A stretch of DNA of 64,000 bases from an uncultured Bacteroidota bacterium. Lineage in GTDB: Bacteria; Bacteroidota; Ignavibacteria; Kryptoniales; JAKASW01. The position numbers were made by a program, and so were the translations under genes. The stretch lies in contig CAWEES010000002.1 of the NCBI GenBank assembly GCA_963808245.1, forward strand, positions 824,177 to 888,176, written 5' to 3'. The notes beneath the pieces were generated by a model. The model did no database searches. It was not told where the DNA came from and saw only the letters and a program-made list of their open reading frames with translations. Every line of letters starts with the position of its first letter. The first letter of the stretch is position 1. This document shows, in pieces, positions 19,882-30,534 of this stretch.

Positions 19882-22032
19882 TTATTTCACTTTTATTTTA
19901 AGATTCGCCATGGCTTGAACGGAGATTGAGTTTGATTTTACAAAGATAACCGTTTGATATCCTGACGTCGTTGAAGCATTGATGTTAATCTTTAGATAAG
20001 CATGCGTCAGCATAGCAGCCTGCCCGGGTGAAATATACGCAGTGTTCCGGCTGAACATCTGAGTCCTTACGGTTCCATCTGAAAAGAAATCGTTTGCCGC
20101 TCCAACGACGAAACTTCCGGTATCCGGCAAAGTAAACATCACACGCTTTGTGAGCGTATCGATCACCTGCGCCGACAATTTTATTTCGAGCGGTATCCCG
20201 TTATTCGTATCAAAAACAATCTGCCCGCTGTCGATATCACCGAGACTTTTATTGATAGTTTGAGTGAGGACGATGTTCGAAGTTGATTCGGAATAATTAA
20301 AATTAGCGAAACCGATGTTCAATGGACAAAACACCATTGCAGTTCCGTAATACCCGTCGGTCTTACAAACAGTCCCCTCCATGCCGGTCGGATTGATCAA
20401 AGTGGTTTTGGATATTATGAATTCATCCGGTAATGTCCCCGTCGTTGCGACAAAATCGTTCAGCATGTTAACGAAACATTTTCCCAGTACAACCGCGTTG
20501 CCTTGAGCACCGGGATAAAGCATCTGATCCACAACCGCGCTATCCGATGAAACAATATTTGAAGTCGTGGATCTTGCTTTTATGCAGATGTGGGCATCCA
20601 TGGGAAGATTCCCTGTAAGATTGAGGTTGAGCGTGAGCTTTGTCGAATCGCCAAAAGGTTTGTCATTTCCGAATGACGCCCCTTTCAAAAATGAAAGGTC
20701 AACCCTTTGAGTATCGGGCAGAATTACAACCGGAGTTTTGAGATGCACGATGCCCGTAACCGAGTTCAGCTTCAATTTGGAAATTTGCAGACTTGCCTTT
20801 ATTGAATTCAAACTTGATATATTTACAAATTTTGAGTCGGAGCCGAGAATGGTCGCGGTAACAGAATATGGCATCGAATCAAGCGGTGTCGCGCCCAAAT
20901 CAATCGACCAATTCTGCAGAGATATCTGCTGTGAATATCGACTTGCCGGATTTGGACTTTCAGGGTTCCCGATGTTATCAAGGTCTATATCCTTCGTGAA
21001 GTAATTCCCCTGGGGGTCCTTTAGTCCATTCACAGCCAAATGAACACTACAAGGCAGATCAAATCCGTTTGTGAAAGAAATATTAACTAACCCGCTGTCG
21101 ACGCCGGCGTGTTCCACCTTGTCAGAGTCGGGAAATCCCAGCATTCCCTCGATAACAACGGGAGCTTGAGGTTGGATGATGGTCATCGCGGAGCTGGCTT
21201 TTATATTATTCAGTTTAACCGTTATCAAAATCAGCGTATCAGATTTTACCAGCACCGGTGATTGTCCTCCCGGTGAGCTAATCGAAGCAGATAATTTAAA
21301 ATTATTGGGAAAAGTTATGTTAGCAATTGACTCCTTAGTCGAATATGATTGATATGGTTGAAGGCTATTTCCTGGGATCGGGACACTTAATAAAGTGTTG
21401 CCGGCCGAGTCTTCAATCGAAAGTCCGTCTGGAAAATTAATCGTCGCACAAAAGCCGTTCTCGACAGTCACCGACAGCTCGGCAGAACTTATAGTGACAG
21501 TCTTGAACTGGTTAAATGAACTCGATGGGTCGGATGTATATTTCATAGACTGAATCGGCGGAGGTATTATGATCCTGCCGACAATGCTATTCGAGCCGAG
21601 TAGATCGCCGACATCCAGAAGGAATGTGGCAGACGAAGTCGATCCTACATCAAATATTCCCAACTGATGGACGACATTGGCGGCCGGAGGAGCCGATATT
21701 TTTAGACAATTTCCGAAGGTCACGGGGGCTAATTTCATATCGTTAGAAGTAGCAAGAGTTCCGGTTGACCATATTGGTTGGGCGTAAGTTGTGCCGCCGC
21801 TGCCCGAGGAGAGCACGGAGTCTCCTCCAACAATATCACTTAAGGTGTAGGTGTGGTCAAATAACGGCATACTTAGGTTGGTATCCCACGTCGGCATTAC
21901 AAATTTTTGGAGAAATTCGCGGGAACAACCGATAGCAAAAAACAACAGGAACAGAATCAGTCCATGAGTCGCATGCTTTGTTATTTCGCAGCGGGGCTTT
22001 CTTAAATCGAATTTTGTCAGAGGCGGCATCAA
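19882..22032 (-). CDS. Large beta-rich lipoprotein of unknown function
   Basis: Lipobox-like LLFFAIGC, 716-aa ORF rich in S/T/N and beta-strand patterns. Confidence 0.65.
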   Translation of the reverse strand: MMPPLTKFDLRKPRCEITKHATHGLILFLLFFAIGCSREFLQKFVMPTWDTNLSMPLFDHTYTLSDIVGGDSVLSSGSGGTTYAQPIWSTGTLATSNDMKLAPVTFGNCLKISAPPAANVVHQLGIFDVGSTSSATFLLDVGDLLGSNSIVGRIIIPPPIQSMKYTSDPSSSFNQFKTVTISSAELSVTVENGFCATINFPDGLSIEDSAGNTLLSVPIPGNSLQPYQSYSTKESIANITFPNNFKLSASISSPGGQSPVLVKSDTLILITVKLNNIKASSAMTIIQPQAPVVIEGMLGFPDSDKVEHAGVDSGLVNISFTNGFDLPCSVHLAVNGLKDPQGNYFTKDIDLDNIGNPESPNPASRYSQQISLQNWSIDLGATPLDSMPYSVTATILGSDSKFVNISSLNSIKASLQISKLKLNSVTGIVHLKTPVVILPDTQRVDLSFLKGASFGNDKPFGDSTKLTLNLNLTGNLPMDAHICIKARSTTSNIVSSDSAVVDQMLYPGAQGNAVVLGKCFVNMLNDFVATTGTLPDEFIISKTTLINPTGMEGTVCKTDGYYGTAMVFCPLNIGFANFNYSESTSNIVLTQTINKSLGDIDSGQIVFDTNNGIPLEIKLSAQVIDTLTKRVMFTLPDTGSFVVGAANDFFSDGTVRTQMFSRNTAYISPGQAAMLTHAYLKININASTTSGYQTVIFVKSNSISVQAMANLKIKVK

Positions 22033-22460
22033 AGCGTTGAAACCTTCTTAAGTCATTTTTGAAAGATGGCACTTCGCTTCCCCTCCTCTTTATCCAATGT
22101 GCTCAGGTTTTCCAACAGGCCGTCAGAATTAACATTGAAGAATCTCTAAAAGCGAACCTATTCCCCGTTAACGGGAATAAATTTCTATTCCTTACCGTTT
22201 ATTTCGGAATTCTTTCATCATTCTTAAGCAAAATGAACTTGAATAAACTCGCCGCACCTTCACATGGCTGATCATTCCTTCTTCGACAGTACCGCATGAA
22301 CCTTTGTCGTAAATGCTGGCAATACGACTTCATCTTGCAAATCTTGTTCTTCTAACATTAAAGAGGTTCAACATCCATGCCGGGAAGCAAGTTACATTTT
22401 TGAGCGAATGATTTGAATTTTTGCACTACGTTTTATAAATAATAGAAACCGAAGGAAAAA

Positions 22461-23153
22461 ATGAAACTACTCTGTTTACTTTTTACCTCCCTGTTCATCG
22501 TTGGAGTGAGCTATTCACAGTCCACCAACGAAGAACGCAATTCAGAGATTACAGTATCTGCTGAGGCCACGGTTTCGGCCGAGCCCGATATAGCCGAATT
22601 TCATCTTGCCATAATATCCAGGAAGCCGCTTGCAACTGAGGCATTCATCAGTTACCTGAAAGTTTACGAAGCACTTCACAGTTCTCTCAATAAATTAATT
22701 GACTCGACAAAGTTAGAGACAGGTAACCTGTCGGTTACTCCGCATTTCAGCGACAAAAACCCCGAGCAAACAATACCTGAATACTACCAGGTATCGGCTT
22801 TGATGTCCCTCTCAATTCCTCTTTCACAGCTCAACAACATTCTGGGGAAAATCACTTCGGTGGAAGGAGTAACGATAAACGGGATTGAATTCCGTGCTAG
22901 TAATCAGGATAGCCTGCAGACTTCCGCACTTGAAGAGGCCGTAGTGAAAGCTCGTACAAAAGCGGAGGCGATTTCAAAGTTAGAAAACCTTAGAGACTTG
23001 AAAGTGAAGACCATAAACACTTCCTACTCCCGGCCTCCCATCCCATTTTATGGCGCACGCACAGAATCATTAGCAATGGTTCCATCATTAAATGCTTCCG
23101 ATGTGACAGTTTCAGCGTCAATCACTGTAACGTATACCGCCGTCCCAAAGTGA
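22461..23153 (+). CDS. SIMPL (DUF541) domain periplasmic protein
   Basis: Signal peptide, ITVSAEATVSAEPD, ALEEAVVKARTKAEAI, C-terminal VSASITVTY. Confidence 0.85.
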   Translation: MKLLCLLFTSLFIVGVSYSQSTNEERNSEITVSAEATVSAEPDIAEFHLAIISRKPLATEAFISYLKVYEALHSSLNKLIDSTKLETGNLSVTPHFSDKNPEQTIPEYYQVSALMSLSIPLSQLNNILGKITSVEGVTINGIEFRASNQDSLQTSALEEAVVKARTKAEAISKLENLRDLKVKTINTSYSRPPIPFYGARTESLAMVPSLNASDVTVSASITVTYTAVPK

Positions 23154-24376
23154 AATTGCTTCTTAGAAACCCTGAACTAGTAGTCACGTGTTCAGGTAAC
23201 GGGAAAGCGTTTAAACGCGGTTCAGAAATGAATGATGTGGGAATTGCTGAAGGCGTCGATATTTATATTGAAGACGGGACGATAAGACAAATCGGAAAGG
23301 TTGAACCGGATTCTGACTGCGATATAATCGATGTCTCAGGAAAAATCCTGATGCCCGGGTTTGTCGATGCACATACTCATGCGATATTTGCAGGCACAAG
23401 AGAACATGAATTCTCTGCGCGAGCGAGAGGAATCAGTTACACCGAAATCGCGTCCAACGGAGGTGGAATCCTCGAGACTGTCAAGAAAACACGCGAGATG
23501 CAAAAATCAAGACTCCGTTCATATGCCGCGCACCGATTGGACAAAATGCTTAAATGGGGAACTACGACGGTCGAATTGAAAAGCGGATATGGACTTGATT
23601 TTAAGACTGAAGTTAAGCTCCTCGAAGCAATTCAGGAATTAAAGGAGGAGTCGATAACCGATATAGTCGCAACTTTTCTTGGCGCTCACGCAATTCCGCC
23701 TGAGAATGATTGTGACAGTTACATTAAAGTTCTTACGGACGAACTTATCCCATATATCACGAAAAAAAAACTTGCAGAATTCTGCGATGTTTTTTGTGAC
23801 GAAGGTTTCTTTACTATCGATGAGGCAAGAAAGATCCTCACAACCGCTCGCGAATTCGGACTTAAGTTGAAGATGCACGCTGAAGAACTTTCCGCAAACG
23901 ACGGCGTAACACTTGCGGTGGAACTTTGTGCAACGTCGGTTGACCACTTGGAGAAAATCTCCTCAACTGAGATCGGACTTCTTGCCGCAAGCGATACCAT
24001 CGGAGTAATTTTACCGGCCGTTCCCGTTTATTTAAAAGCGGCGCCGGCACCGGCGAGAGAAATGATTGACCGTAATTGCGCGATTGCGATTGCCAGCGAT
24101 TTCAACCCCGGGACATCGATGGTCGACAACATGCAGACGATAATGTGGCTCGCAGTGTGTTTCAATAAGATGACCGTCGAGGAAGCACTGAATGCCGCAA
24201 CACTCAACGCCGCGGCAGCTTTGGGATTGTCGGATAAATTGGGAAGCATCGAAGTAGGAAAGCAAGCTGATATTCTTATCGTGGACACAAAAGATTACGC
24301 ATACGTCCCATACCATTTTACTGAAAACAAAATAACGAATGTGGTAAAGCATGGAACAGTTCTGGAATTTTCTTGA
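23150..24376 (+). CDS. hutI: Imidazolonepropionase
   Basis: PGFVDAHTH, GTTTVELKSGYGL, TFLGAHA, DVFCD, HAEEL, ASDFNPG. Confidence 0.95.
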   Translation: MKLLLRNPELVVTCSGNGKAFKRGSEMNDVGIAEGVDIYIEDGTIRQIGKVEPDSDCDIIDVSGKILMPGFVDAHTHAIFAGTREHEFSARARGISYTEIASNGGGILETVKKTREMQKSRLRSYAAHRLDKMLKWGTTTVELKSGYGLDFKTEVKLLEAIQELKEESITDIVATFLGAHAIPPENDCDSYIKVLTDELIPYITKKKLAEFCDVFCDEGFFTIDEARKILTTAREFGLKLKMHAEELSANDGVTLAVELCATSVDHLEKISSTEIGLLAASDTIGVILPAVPVYLKAAPAPAREMIDRNCAIAIASDFNPGTSMVDNMQTIMWLAVCFNKMTVEEALNAATLNAAAALGLSDKLGSIEVGKQADILIVDTKDYAYVPYHFTENKITNVVKHGTVLEFS

Positions 24377-25319
24377 AGAGCCCGATACCTCGCTTCTTTA
24401 CAAACGAGGGGAGCGAGAAGATCTCAGGTTCGGAGAAGTCACCGAAACTAAACGGAAAAATTTCGGAGAAGATTTTAAGGTAGTACTCATCGGGTTTCCC
24501 CATGAAGAAGGCGCCATACGAAATCGCGGACGTGGTGGAAGTGCTTCAGGCCCGGATGAAATACGAAGGGCGTTCTACAAACTGACCCCGACTAAATCTA
24601 CGGCGCTGAGGGACGCGGGCATCAAGATATTTGATGCGGGAAATTTTAGACGCGACATAAGTCTTGATGACGCTCTGTCTGTTCTTGAAAATGCGGTCGC
24701 CTCCCTCTTGAGACACGGCCATATACCGGTCGTCCTTGGCGGAAGCAACGACCTGAGTTACGCGGACTTCCGGGCCTGTCACACGGTCCATAAAAATTGC
24801 GGAGCCATTAACATAGATTCGCATTTAGATGTTAGAGAATATTCTAAAGGAATAAACAGCGGAACACCTTACAGAATGCTCATTGATTCGGGCGACCTGA
24901 CCGGGAAAAATTTTGCCGAATACGGGATACAAGAGTTTGTGAACTCGAGAGGGCATCTTGCTTATGCAGCCGAACATGGGATCCTGGTCCATACACTTAC
25001 ACAAATTCATTCACAGAAGAATTCTGAATCGTTCATGGAGGCTTACAGGACCGTGAGCGGCGAGACTCAACGTATTTACGTTAGTTTTGATATGGACAGT
25101 GTAAGGAGTTCAGATGCACCCGGAGTCAGTGCTCCGACACCTACGGGATTAACCGCCGAGGAAATTTTAGAATGTGCTTATCTCGCAGGATCCGAGGAAA
25201 AAACAGCGATGGTAGATATTTGCGAACTTAATCCGAAGTTTGATATCGACGGGCACACCGCAAAACTGGCTGCAATGATCGTGGCAAATTTTCTCGCCGG
25301 AATTGCCAACAGGCATTGA
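24351..25319 (+). CDS. hutG: Formimidoylglutamase (arginase fold)
   Basis: RNRGRGG...GPDEIR, NIDSHLDVR, SGTPY, FDMD, APGVSAP, ELNP. Follows hutI. Confidence 0.88.
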   Translation: MEQFWNFLEEPDTSLLYKRGEREDLRFGEVTETKRKNFGEDFKVVLIGFPHEEGAIRNRGRGGSASGPDEIRRAFYKLTPTKSTALRDAGIKIFDAGNFRRDISLDDALSVLENAVASLLRHGHIPVVLGGSNDLSYADFRACHTVHKNCGAINIDSHLDVREYSKGINSGTPYRMLIDSGDLTGKNFAEYGIQEFVNSRGHLAYAAEHGILVHTLTQIHSQKNSESFMEAYRTVSGETQRIYVSFDMDSVRSSDAPGVSAPTPTGLTAEEILECAYLAGSEEKTAMVDICELNPKFDIDGHTAKLAAMIVANFLAGIANRH

Positions 25320-25369
25320 TAGCCGGCGCAGCATAAATTGAACGCCCTGATTTTCTCTTATTCGTACGT

Positions 25370-26323
25370 TTAACTTACTGCAGCCTCATCTATAGAAAAC
25401 TGTTTTCTTATAGGATCGACTGAGACAAGCAGCCCTATGGGCAAAGTTAATTTCACAGGCACATGCCCGTAAGGAATATTTAAAACGGAAGCCTTTCCGG
25501 AGGAGAACAAATCTTCCCTGAGAATTTCTTCGAGAGTTCTATAGGGTTTGTTCGGCTCTTCAGGAGCACAATTTGTAAACTGACCGAGTGCGAGCGCAGA
25601 AACATTTGACAAGACCCCTGCAAGACGAAGCTGTGTCAACATTCTATCAATTGAATACGGTTCCTCCGACACTTCCTCGATAAGGAGAACACTTTCCCCA
25701 AAATCCGGGATATATTCGGTACCGAGAATCGAAGCAATCAAAGATAAATTTCCACCAAGCAATCTACCCTGCGATTTCTTTTTTCCTCTGAACGAAAGCT
25801 TGAAATCTTTATTACTTTTTACATTCCCGATCTTTTTATGACTCGTGACTAAATCAAAGAATCTCTCTTCGGTGAACGGATCAAGCTTTTTATCGAATTC
25901 TCCCCCAAACTCCACCGCCATCATTGGCCCGCTGAAGGTGACGAGTCCGGTCTTCTTGAAAATCGCAAGCTGTAACGCAGTAACGTCCGAATAGCCGACA
26001 AAAATTTTCGGATTCCTCTTTATTATCTCATAATCGATTTTATCCAGAATGCGCGGAGTTCCGTAACCGCCACGCGAGCAGATTATTGCTTTCACATTCT
26101 TATCGGCAAAGGCCTGATTTATATCTTCAGCCCGTTCATCGTCGGAACCTGCAAGGTATCCATTAACATTAAAAACATTCTTACTGATTGTCACCCTGTA
26201 ACCCAACGATTCGAAATACCGGACTCCCCTATGTACCTTGGAAGCATCAAGAGGTGGGCTCGCAGGTGAAACCACGGATATTAGATCGCCCTTTTTGAGA
26301 CGTGACGGTTTAATTATGTTCAT
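25370..26323 (-). CDS. ldcA: LD-carboxypeptidase (peptidase S66)
   Basis: SRGGYG, GYSDVT, GGNLS, EEVSE, YGH. Confidence 0.88.
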   Translation of the reverse strand: MNIIKPSRLKKGDLISVVSPASPPLDASKVHRGVRYFESLGYRVTISKNVFNVNGYLAGSDDERAEDINQAFADKNVKAIICSRGGYGTPRILDKIDYEIIKRNPKIFVGYSDVTALQLAIFKKTGLVTFSGPMMAVEFGGEFDKKLDPFTEERFFDLVTSHKKIGNVKSNKDFKLSFRGKKKSQGRLLGGNLSLIASILGTEYIPDFGESVLLIEEVSEEPYSIDRMLTQLRLAGVLSNVSALALGQFTNCAPEEPNKPYRTLEEILREDLFSSGKASVLNIPYGHVPVKLTLPIGLLVSVDPIRKQFSIDEAAVS

Positions 26324-26378
26324 TACGTTATTGTCTGAATGAAAATAAGCAGTTCAGCGATGAAAATGCAAATAATTC

Positions 26379-26407
26379 TTGAAGAATTACCCTCGCAAAA
26401 TTATATT
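26379..26407 (+). promoter_or_regulatory. Putative sigma70 promoter of tRNA-Phe
   Basis: TTGAAG-17 nt-TATATT. Confidence 0.5.
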
Positions 26408-26433
26408 AGTAGAGGCAGTAAATCTTTACGATT

Positions 26434-26506
<73 letters not shown>

Positions 26507-26611
26507 CTGAAAACGCACCTCTTTATGGATCCGTCACAGATTTAACATATCATGGTACAATTTATGGAATCGATCGTGGCGATGCCGCAAGAGGCGAAGT
26601 CTTTTGGGGTA

Positions 26612-27664
26612 CTACGGGTTTATAGCGAGTACTCCGGAAACCGATTTGCTGGAGGCAACAGAAGACTGATTATATCGCCTGGAAGAAGCAACCGGGAACT
26701 CGTTAGAAAACTTAAACGTGTAGAAACCATCCCTCGCTGCCGCGAAACTCTGGGATACATAGTTACCACTGACAAGTCTGTCGAACAAAATATTCGACTC
26801 CGGATCATAAATAATTAAGTAAATGTTATCGTCCGAATTGCCAGAGATGTTCAGCCGCAACTGGTAATTCATGTCAGCCACAAGAATTCTTGAGAACGAG
26901 GCGCTGGAGTCCGAAGCGATGGAGGGATAATTAAACGGAACCATGATACTTGTAGAAAGACTATCACTTGTGGGGGGATAGCTGCTAAAATCCATAATAA
27001 TTTCCCCGGAGTAAGCAGTTTGAGCTGCTCCCGAATCGTAAACCACCATTGCCCAACCACCGCACAAGTTACTCATAAATTCCTGGGTGAAATTAGCCCC
27101 CGTAACCATTTGATCAAGTTTATAAGAACCGTCCGGGCTTACTACAGTAATGTGAACAGGATTTGTCACAGTATCCAGCTGAATAGTAACCTTGACATCG
27201 TGGCTCAAGATACCGTTAGAACACTGGACAAAAGAATAGCTGTCAAAACTAAATTTCTGCATTGAGTAAGAATTCGGATCAATTGTGCTATTTACAAAAG
27301 TTGTTTCTTGCACCGCCTGGACGTAGAAATCCATGGTCTGTGTCGTGTCAGGAATCACCTTAACCTGTTCCGAAGCGGTTTGATATCCTGACGCCAATAC
27401 TTCCATAAGGTAGGTACCGGATTGTACTAGCGAATATGGGAAAGAGTAAGTCCCATTTGATGATGTTTTTACAGCGTGCGAACCTAGCTCAACAATCGCG
27501 AATGGAACAGGAGTATGAGTCGTGGAATCAAAGACACTTCCTTGAATAGGGACACTGACAGGTGGTGGTGTGGCCAGGTTGCTCTTGTTGCAACCCTGTG
27601 ATCCCAGGAAAATTAGGAGAAGCAAAGGCAAAAGGGGCATCACTTTTTTAAAGCGCTCTCTCAT
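26612..27664 (-). CDS. Lipoprotein: carboxypeptidase-regulatory-like domain plus beta-sandwich (GOLD-like) domains
   Basis: Lipobox GSQGC, IQGSVFDSTTHTPVPFAIV...GTYLMEVLASGYQT, C-terminal DGFYTFKFSNEF. Confidence 0.6.
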   Translation of the reverse strand: MRERFKKVMPLLPLLLLIFLGSQGCNKSNLATPPPVSVPIQGSVFDSTTHTPVPFAIVELGSHAVKTSSNGTYSFPYSLVQSGTYLMEVLASGYQTASEQVKVIPDTTQTMDFYVQAVQETTFVNSTIDPNSYSMQKFSFDSYSFVQCSNGILSHDVKVTIQLDTVTNPVHITVVSPDGSYKLDQMVTGANFTQEFMSNLCGGWAMVVYDSGAAQTAYSGEIIMDFSSYPPTSDSLSTSIMVPFNYPSIASDSSASFSRILVADMNYQLRLNISGNSDDNIYLIIYDPESNILFDRLVSGNYVSQSFAAARDGFYTFKFSNEFPVASSRRYNQSSVASSKSVSGVLAINP

Positions 27665-28131
27665 ACTAACCTATCGTACTTTGTTCGTTGGAACCCAAAG
27701 AGTGGGAGGATGTGACTGCTGCTTCATTTTGTACAGTCAAAGTTAATTATCCTTCCAAACATTGGCAAGATGACCGGGAAAAAGCATCCGGGACCTGCGG
27801 CATATTAATTTTGTGAAATATAAATAATCGCGCGTTTGCAATCACTTTTGGTTCGACATAGTTATGAATAGCGATTTACAACATAGTCAGGAAAAACAGC
27901 AGTAAGATTGTCGGCAACATGCGAAGTCTTTTATTTCATGACAATTCGAATGCTTGATTAGACGACCAACTTACCTTTGTTCTACACTAATAGGGATTGC
28001 GTTAGATTGTTGATCTGGGTAGAAGCACTTTCAAGACAGACCTCTTAAAGAATTCGAAATCAATTCATGTATATCTCATAGATACTTGATTTTCAGGCTA
28101 TTATGAGATAATTTGAATAGTTCAAAAAATA

Positions 28132-28144
28132 TAAAACCGTTTCA
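28132..28144. promoter_or_regulatory. Candidate LacI-family operator (autoregulation)
   Basis: Imperfect palindrome TAAAAC-C-GTTTCA about 20 nt upstream of the lacI-family start. Confidence 0.4.
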
Positions 28145-28164
28145 AATAACAATTCGAAAAAGCG

Positions 28165-29205
28165 GTGGGTTTAGTGAAAAGAATAACGATAGACGATGTC
28201 GCCAAGGAAGCAGGGGTTTCAAAAGGAACTGTCTCCGCTGTTATTAACACAAAAAATTCCGTAAAGCCGGGGACACGCGATCACATATTGGGAGTAATGA
28301 AAGACCTTAACTTCCGTCCGAGGGGAGTTGCAAGAAATTTAAAAAATGGAATCCAAGATAAAGCAATCGCCATAATAATAAAAGATTTGAATTATCCTTT
28401 CTACACTTCGATAGCTACCGGCGTAAAAGATTACGCAAGCAGCAAAGGATACTCCGTGATCATTACAAGCTCCGATGATAATCACGAAAGCGAAAAAAAA
28501 CTATCACATCTTTTTTCTACAAAGGACATCAAGGGGACCATCATAGCCCCCGTTGTTGAGGGCACCGCGGAGATCGAACATCTCTTCAAATTAAAAATGA
28601 TAAATTATCCTTTTGTCCTGTTAGAGGGTGTTAAAGGAATTCAAGCTAATGTTGTTGCGATTGACAACTTAAGAGCAATCAAGAAAGCCGTGAAGTATTT
28701 GATAGAAGGGGGCCATAAAAAAATTGTGCACTTCGCCGGGCCTCCGCAATCGTCCCATACTCAGGAACGTATTGAAGGTTTCCGTGATGCCTTTAGTGAA
28801 AGCACTTCCGTATTCAATAAAGATATGATCGTATCGATAGGTTCTCACTACGATGAAAGCTTTGCCAAGACGATAGAGTATTTTAAGAGAAGACCGAGGG
28901 AACAATATCCGACAGCGATTGTATGTTTTAACGATCACCAAGCTCTTGCCGTCATGGCGGCACTTAAAGAGCTGAATATTTCCGTGCCGCGTGATATATC
29001 CATTATCGGAAATGACGATATCTATTACGCAAGAATTTATCCCATCCCGTTAACAACAATAAGAGCCCCTCAACATGAGATCGGCACAATGGCCGCAGAG
29101 ATATTGATTCGTAACATAGAGTCTCCGAAGTTGTTGCCGGTAGAAAAAGTTGTTTTAGAAACCGAATTCATTATCAGAGAGTCTACAAGGGTTTTAAACG
29201 ACTGA
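28165..29205 (+). CDS. LacI-family transcriptional regulator
   Basis: ITIDDVAKEAGVSKGTVSAV HTH, NFRP..VAR, IIGNDD, LTTI. Confidence 0.95.
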   Translation: MGLVKRITIDDVAKEAGVSKGTVSAVINTKNSVKPGTRDHILGVMKDLNFRPRGVARNLKNGIQDKAIAIIIKDLNYPFYTSIATGVKDYASSKGYSVIITSSDDNHESEKKLSHLFSTKDIKGTIIAPVVEGTAEIEHLFKLKMINYPFVLLEGVKGIQANVVAIDNLRAIKKAVKYLIEGGHKKIVHFAGPPQSSHTQERIEGFRDAFSESTSVFNKDMIVSIGSHYDESFAKTIEYFKRRPREQYPTAIVCFNDHQALAVMAALKELNISVPRDISIIGNDDIYYARIYPIPLTTIRAPQHEIGTMAAEILIRNIESPKLLPVEKVVLETEFIIRESTRVLND

Positions 29206-29315
29206 TAAAGTGCTCGGAATTACTGCCTTCCCGGTATTCGCGCGGCAACCAATAAAATTTTTCGGTACCAAAAAAAATGCAAGAGGACTATCATTCCTAC
29301 GTGGGGAAAAATCGA

Positions 29316-30509
29316 ATGACATTTGAACAAACCTGGAGATGGTTCGGTCCGAACGACCCTATCTCTCTAAAAGAAATCAGGCAGACGGGGGCAACAGGTA
29401 TCGTCACTGCCCTTCATCAAGTTCCAATCGGGGAAACCTGGACTATCGAAGAGATTACGGATAGAAAGCAACTGATAGAGAAGGAAGCCCTGACATGGTC
29501 TGTAACTGAAAGCATCCCGGTTCACGAAGATATTAAGAAGCGCAATGGTAATTTTCGAAAGCGCGTGGAAAACTACAAAGAGACAATAAGAAATCTCGGC
29601 AAGTGCGGGATTGATATCGTCTGCTATAATTTCATGCCCGTCCTCGATTGGCTACGGACCGATCTGAGGGTCATTTTTGAAGACGGATCGATTACAACAA
29701 AGTTCGAGAGAAAGGTTTTAGCAGCATTCGACATTTTCATTCTAAAACGAAATAAAGCGGAGAATGATTACAGCGACCAGGAAGTTAAGGAGGCTGAACG
29801 GTACTACAAAAGCATGACAGACAGTCAGCACGAGACATTGCTTCAGACGATTCTTCTTGGATTGCCCGGTTCATTAGAGGCTTATACCTTAGAAACGTTT
29901 AGATCTGAACTGGGGAAGTATGAAAACATCGGCGCCGGCGAACTCCGTGAGAACCTGAAATATTTTTTGAAGGAAATCATCCCGGTCGCCGAAGAATCCG
30001 GCGTGTTCCTTGGAATTCATCCCGACGATCCGCCATTCCCGCTGTTCGGTTTGCCGAGAGTTGTTAGCAGCAAAACCGACTTTGAACAAATCCTTGCAGT
30101 GGCTGATTCACCTTCCAACGGGATTACGCACTGCCCTGGCTCGTTGGCCGCTTCTTCCAGCAATGACGTTGTCGATATGTCGGAGAAACTCGCACAAAGA
30201 ATTAACTTCATCCACTTGCGGAATGTGAAGAGAGATGGTAACGGCGGGTTTGTCGAAGACAATCATCTTGATGGAGACGTAGACATGTACGGTGTTATGA
30301 AACCGCTCATACTTGAGCAAAAACGTCGAATAGACAAGGGGTTGAAGAACTCGCGACTACCGATGCGACCGGATCACGGACACCTTATGATTCCTGACCA
30401 AAACAGAAAAGGTATCTACCCGGGTTATTCCTTATTCGGCAGGATGAGGGGTCTGGCTGAACTGCGAGGATTGGAACTCGGAATCAGGCGCTCTTTAGGT
30501 TTTAAATAG
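29316..30509 (+). CDS. uxuA: Mannonate dehydratase
   Basis: TWRWFGP.D, ESIPVHE, CYNFMPVLDW, HPDDPP, HLRN, MRPDHGH, PGYS. Confidence 0.95.
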   Translation: MTFEQTWRWFGPNDPISLKEIRQTGATGIVTALHQVPIGETWTIEEITDRKQLIEKEALTWSVTESIPVHEDIKKRNGNFRKRVENYKETIRNLGKCGIDIVCYNFMPVLDWLRTDLRVIFEDGSITTKFERKVLAAFDIFILKRNKAENDYSDQEVKEAERYYKSMTDSQHETLLQTILLGLPGSLEAYTLETFRSELGKYENIGAGELRENLKYFLKEIIPVAEESGVFLGIHPDDPPFPLFGLPRVVSSKTDFEQILAVADSPSNGITHCPGSLAASSSNDVVDMSEKLAQRINFIHLRNVKRDGNGGFVEDNHLDGDVDMYGVMKPLILEQKRRIDKGLKNSRLPMRPDHGHLMIPDQNRKGIYPGYSLFGRMRGLAELRGLELGIRRSLGFK

Positions 30510-30534
30510 TCCCGATTTGCCGCTCCATTTTACT

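Noticed and set aside
22033-22460. Riboswitch or ncRNA in long intergenic regions (also 27665-28164, 31948-32175)
   Set aside because: I recognised no conserved riboswitch core. An Rfam/Infernal scan would be needed.
29640-30150. Substitutions in UxuA motifs (DWLRT, THCPGS) as signs of decay
   Set aside because: Metal and catalytic motifs (HPDDPP, Cys, HLRN, RPDH) are intact, and I cannot distinguish this from normal divergence without an alignment.
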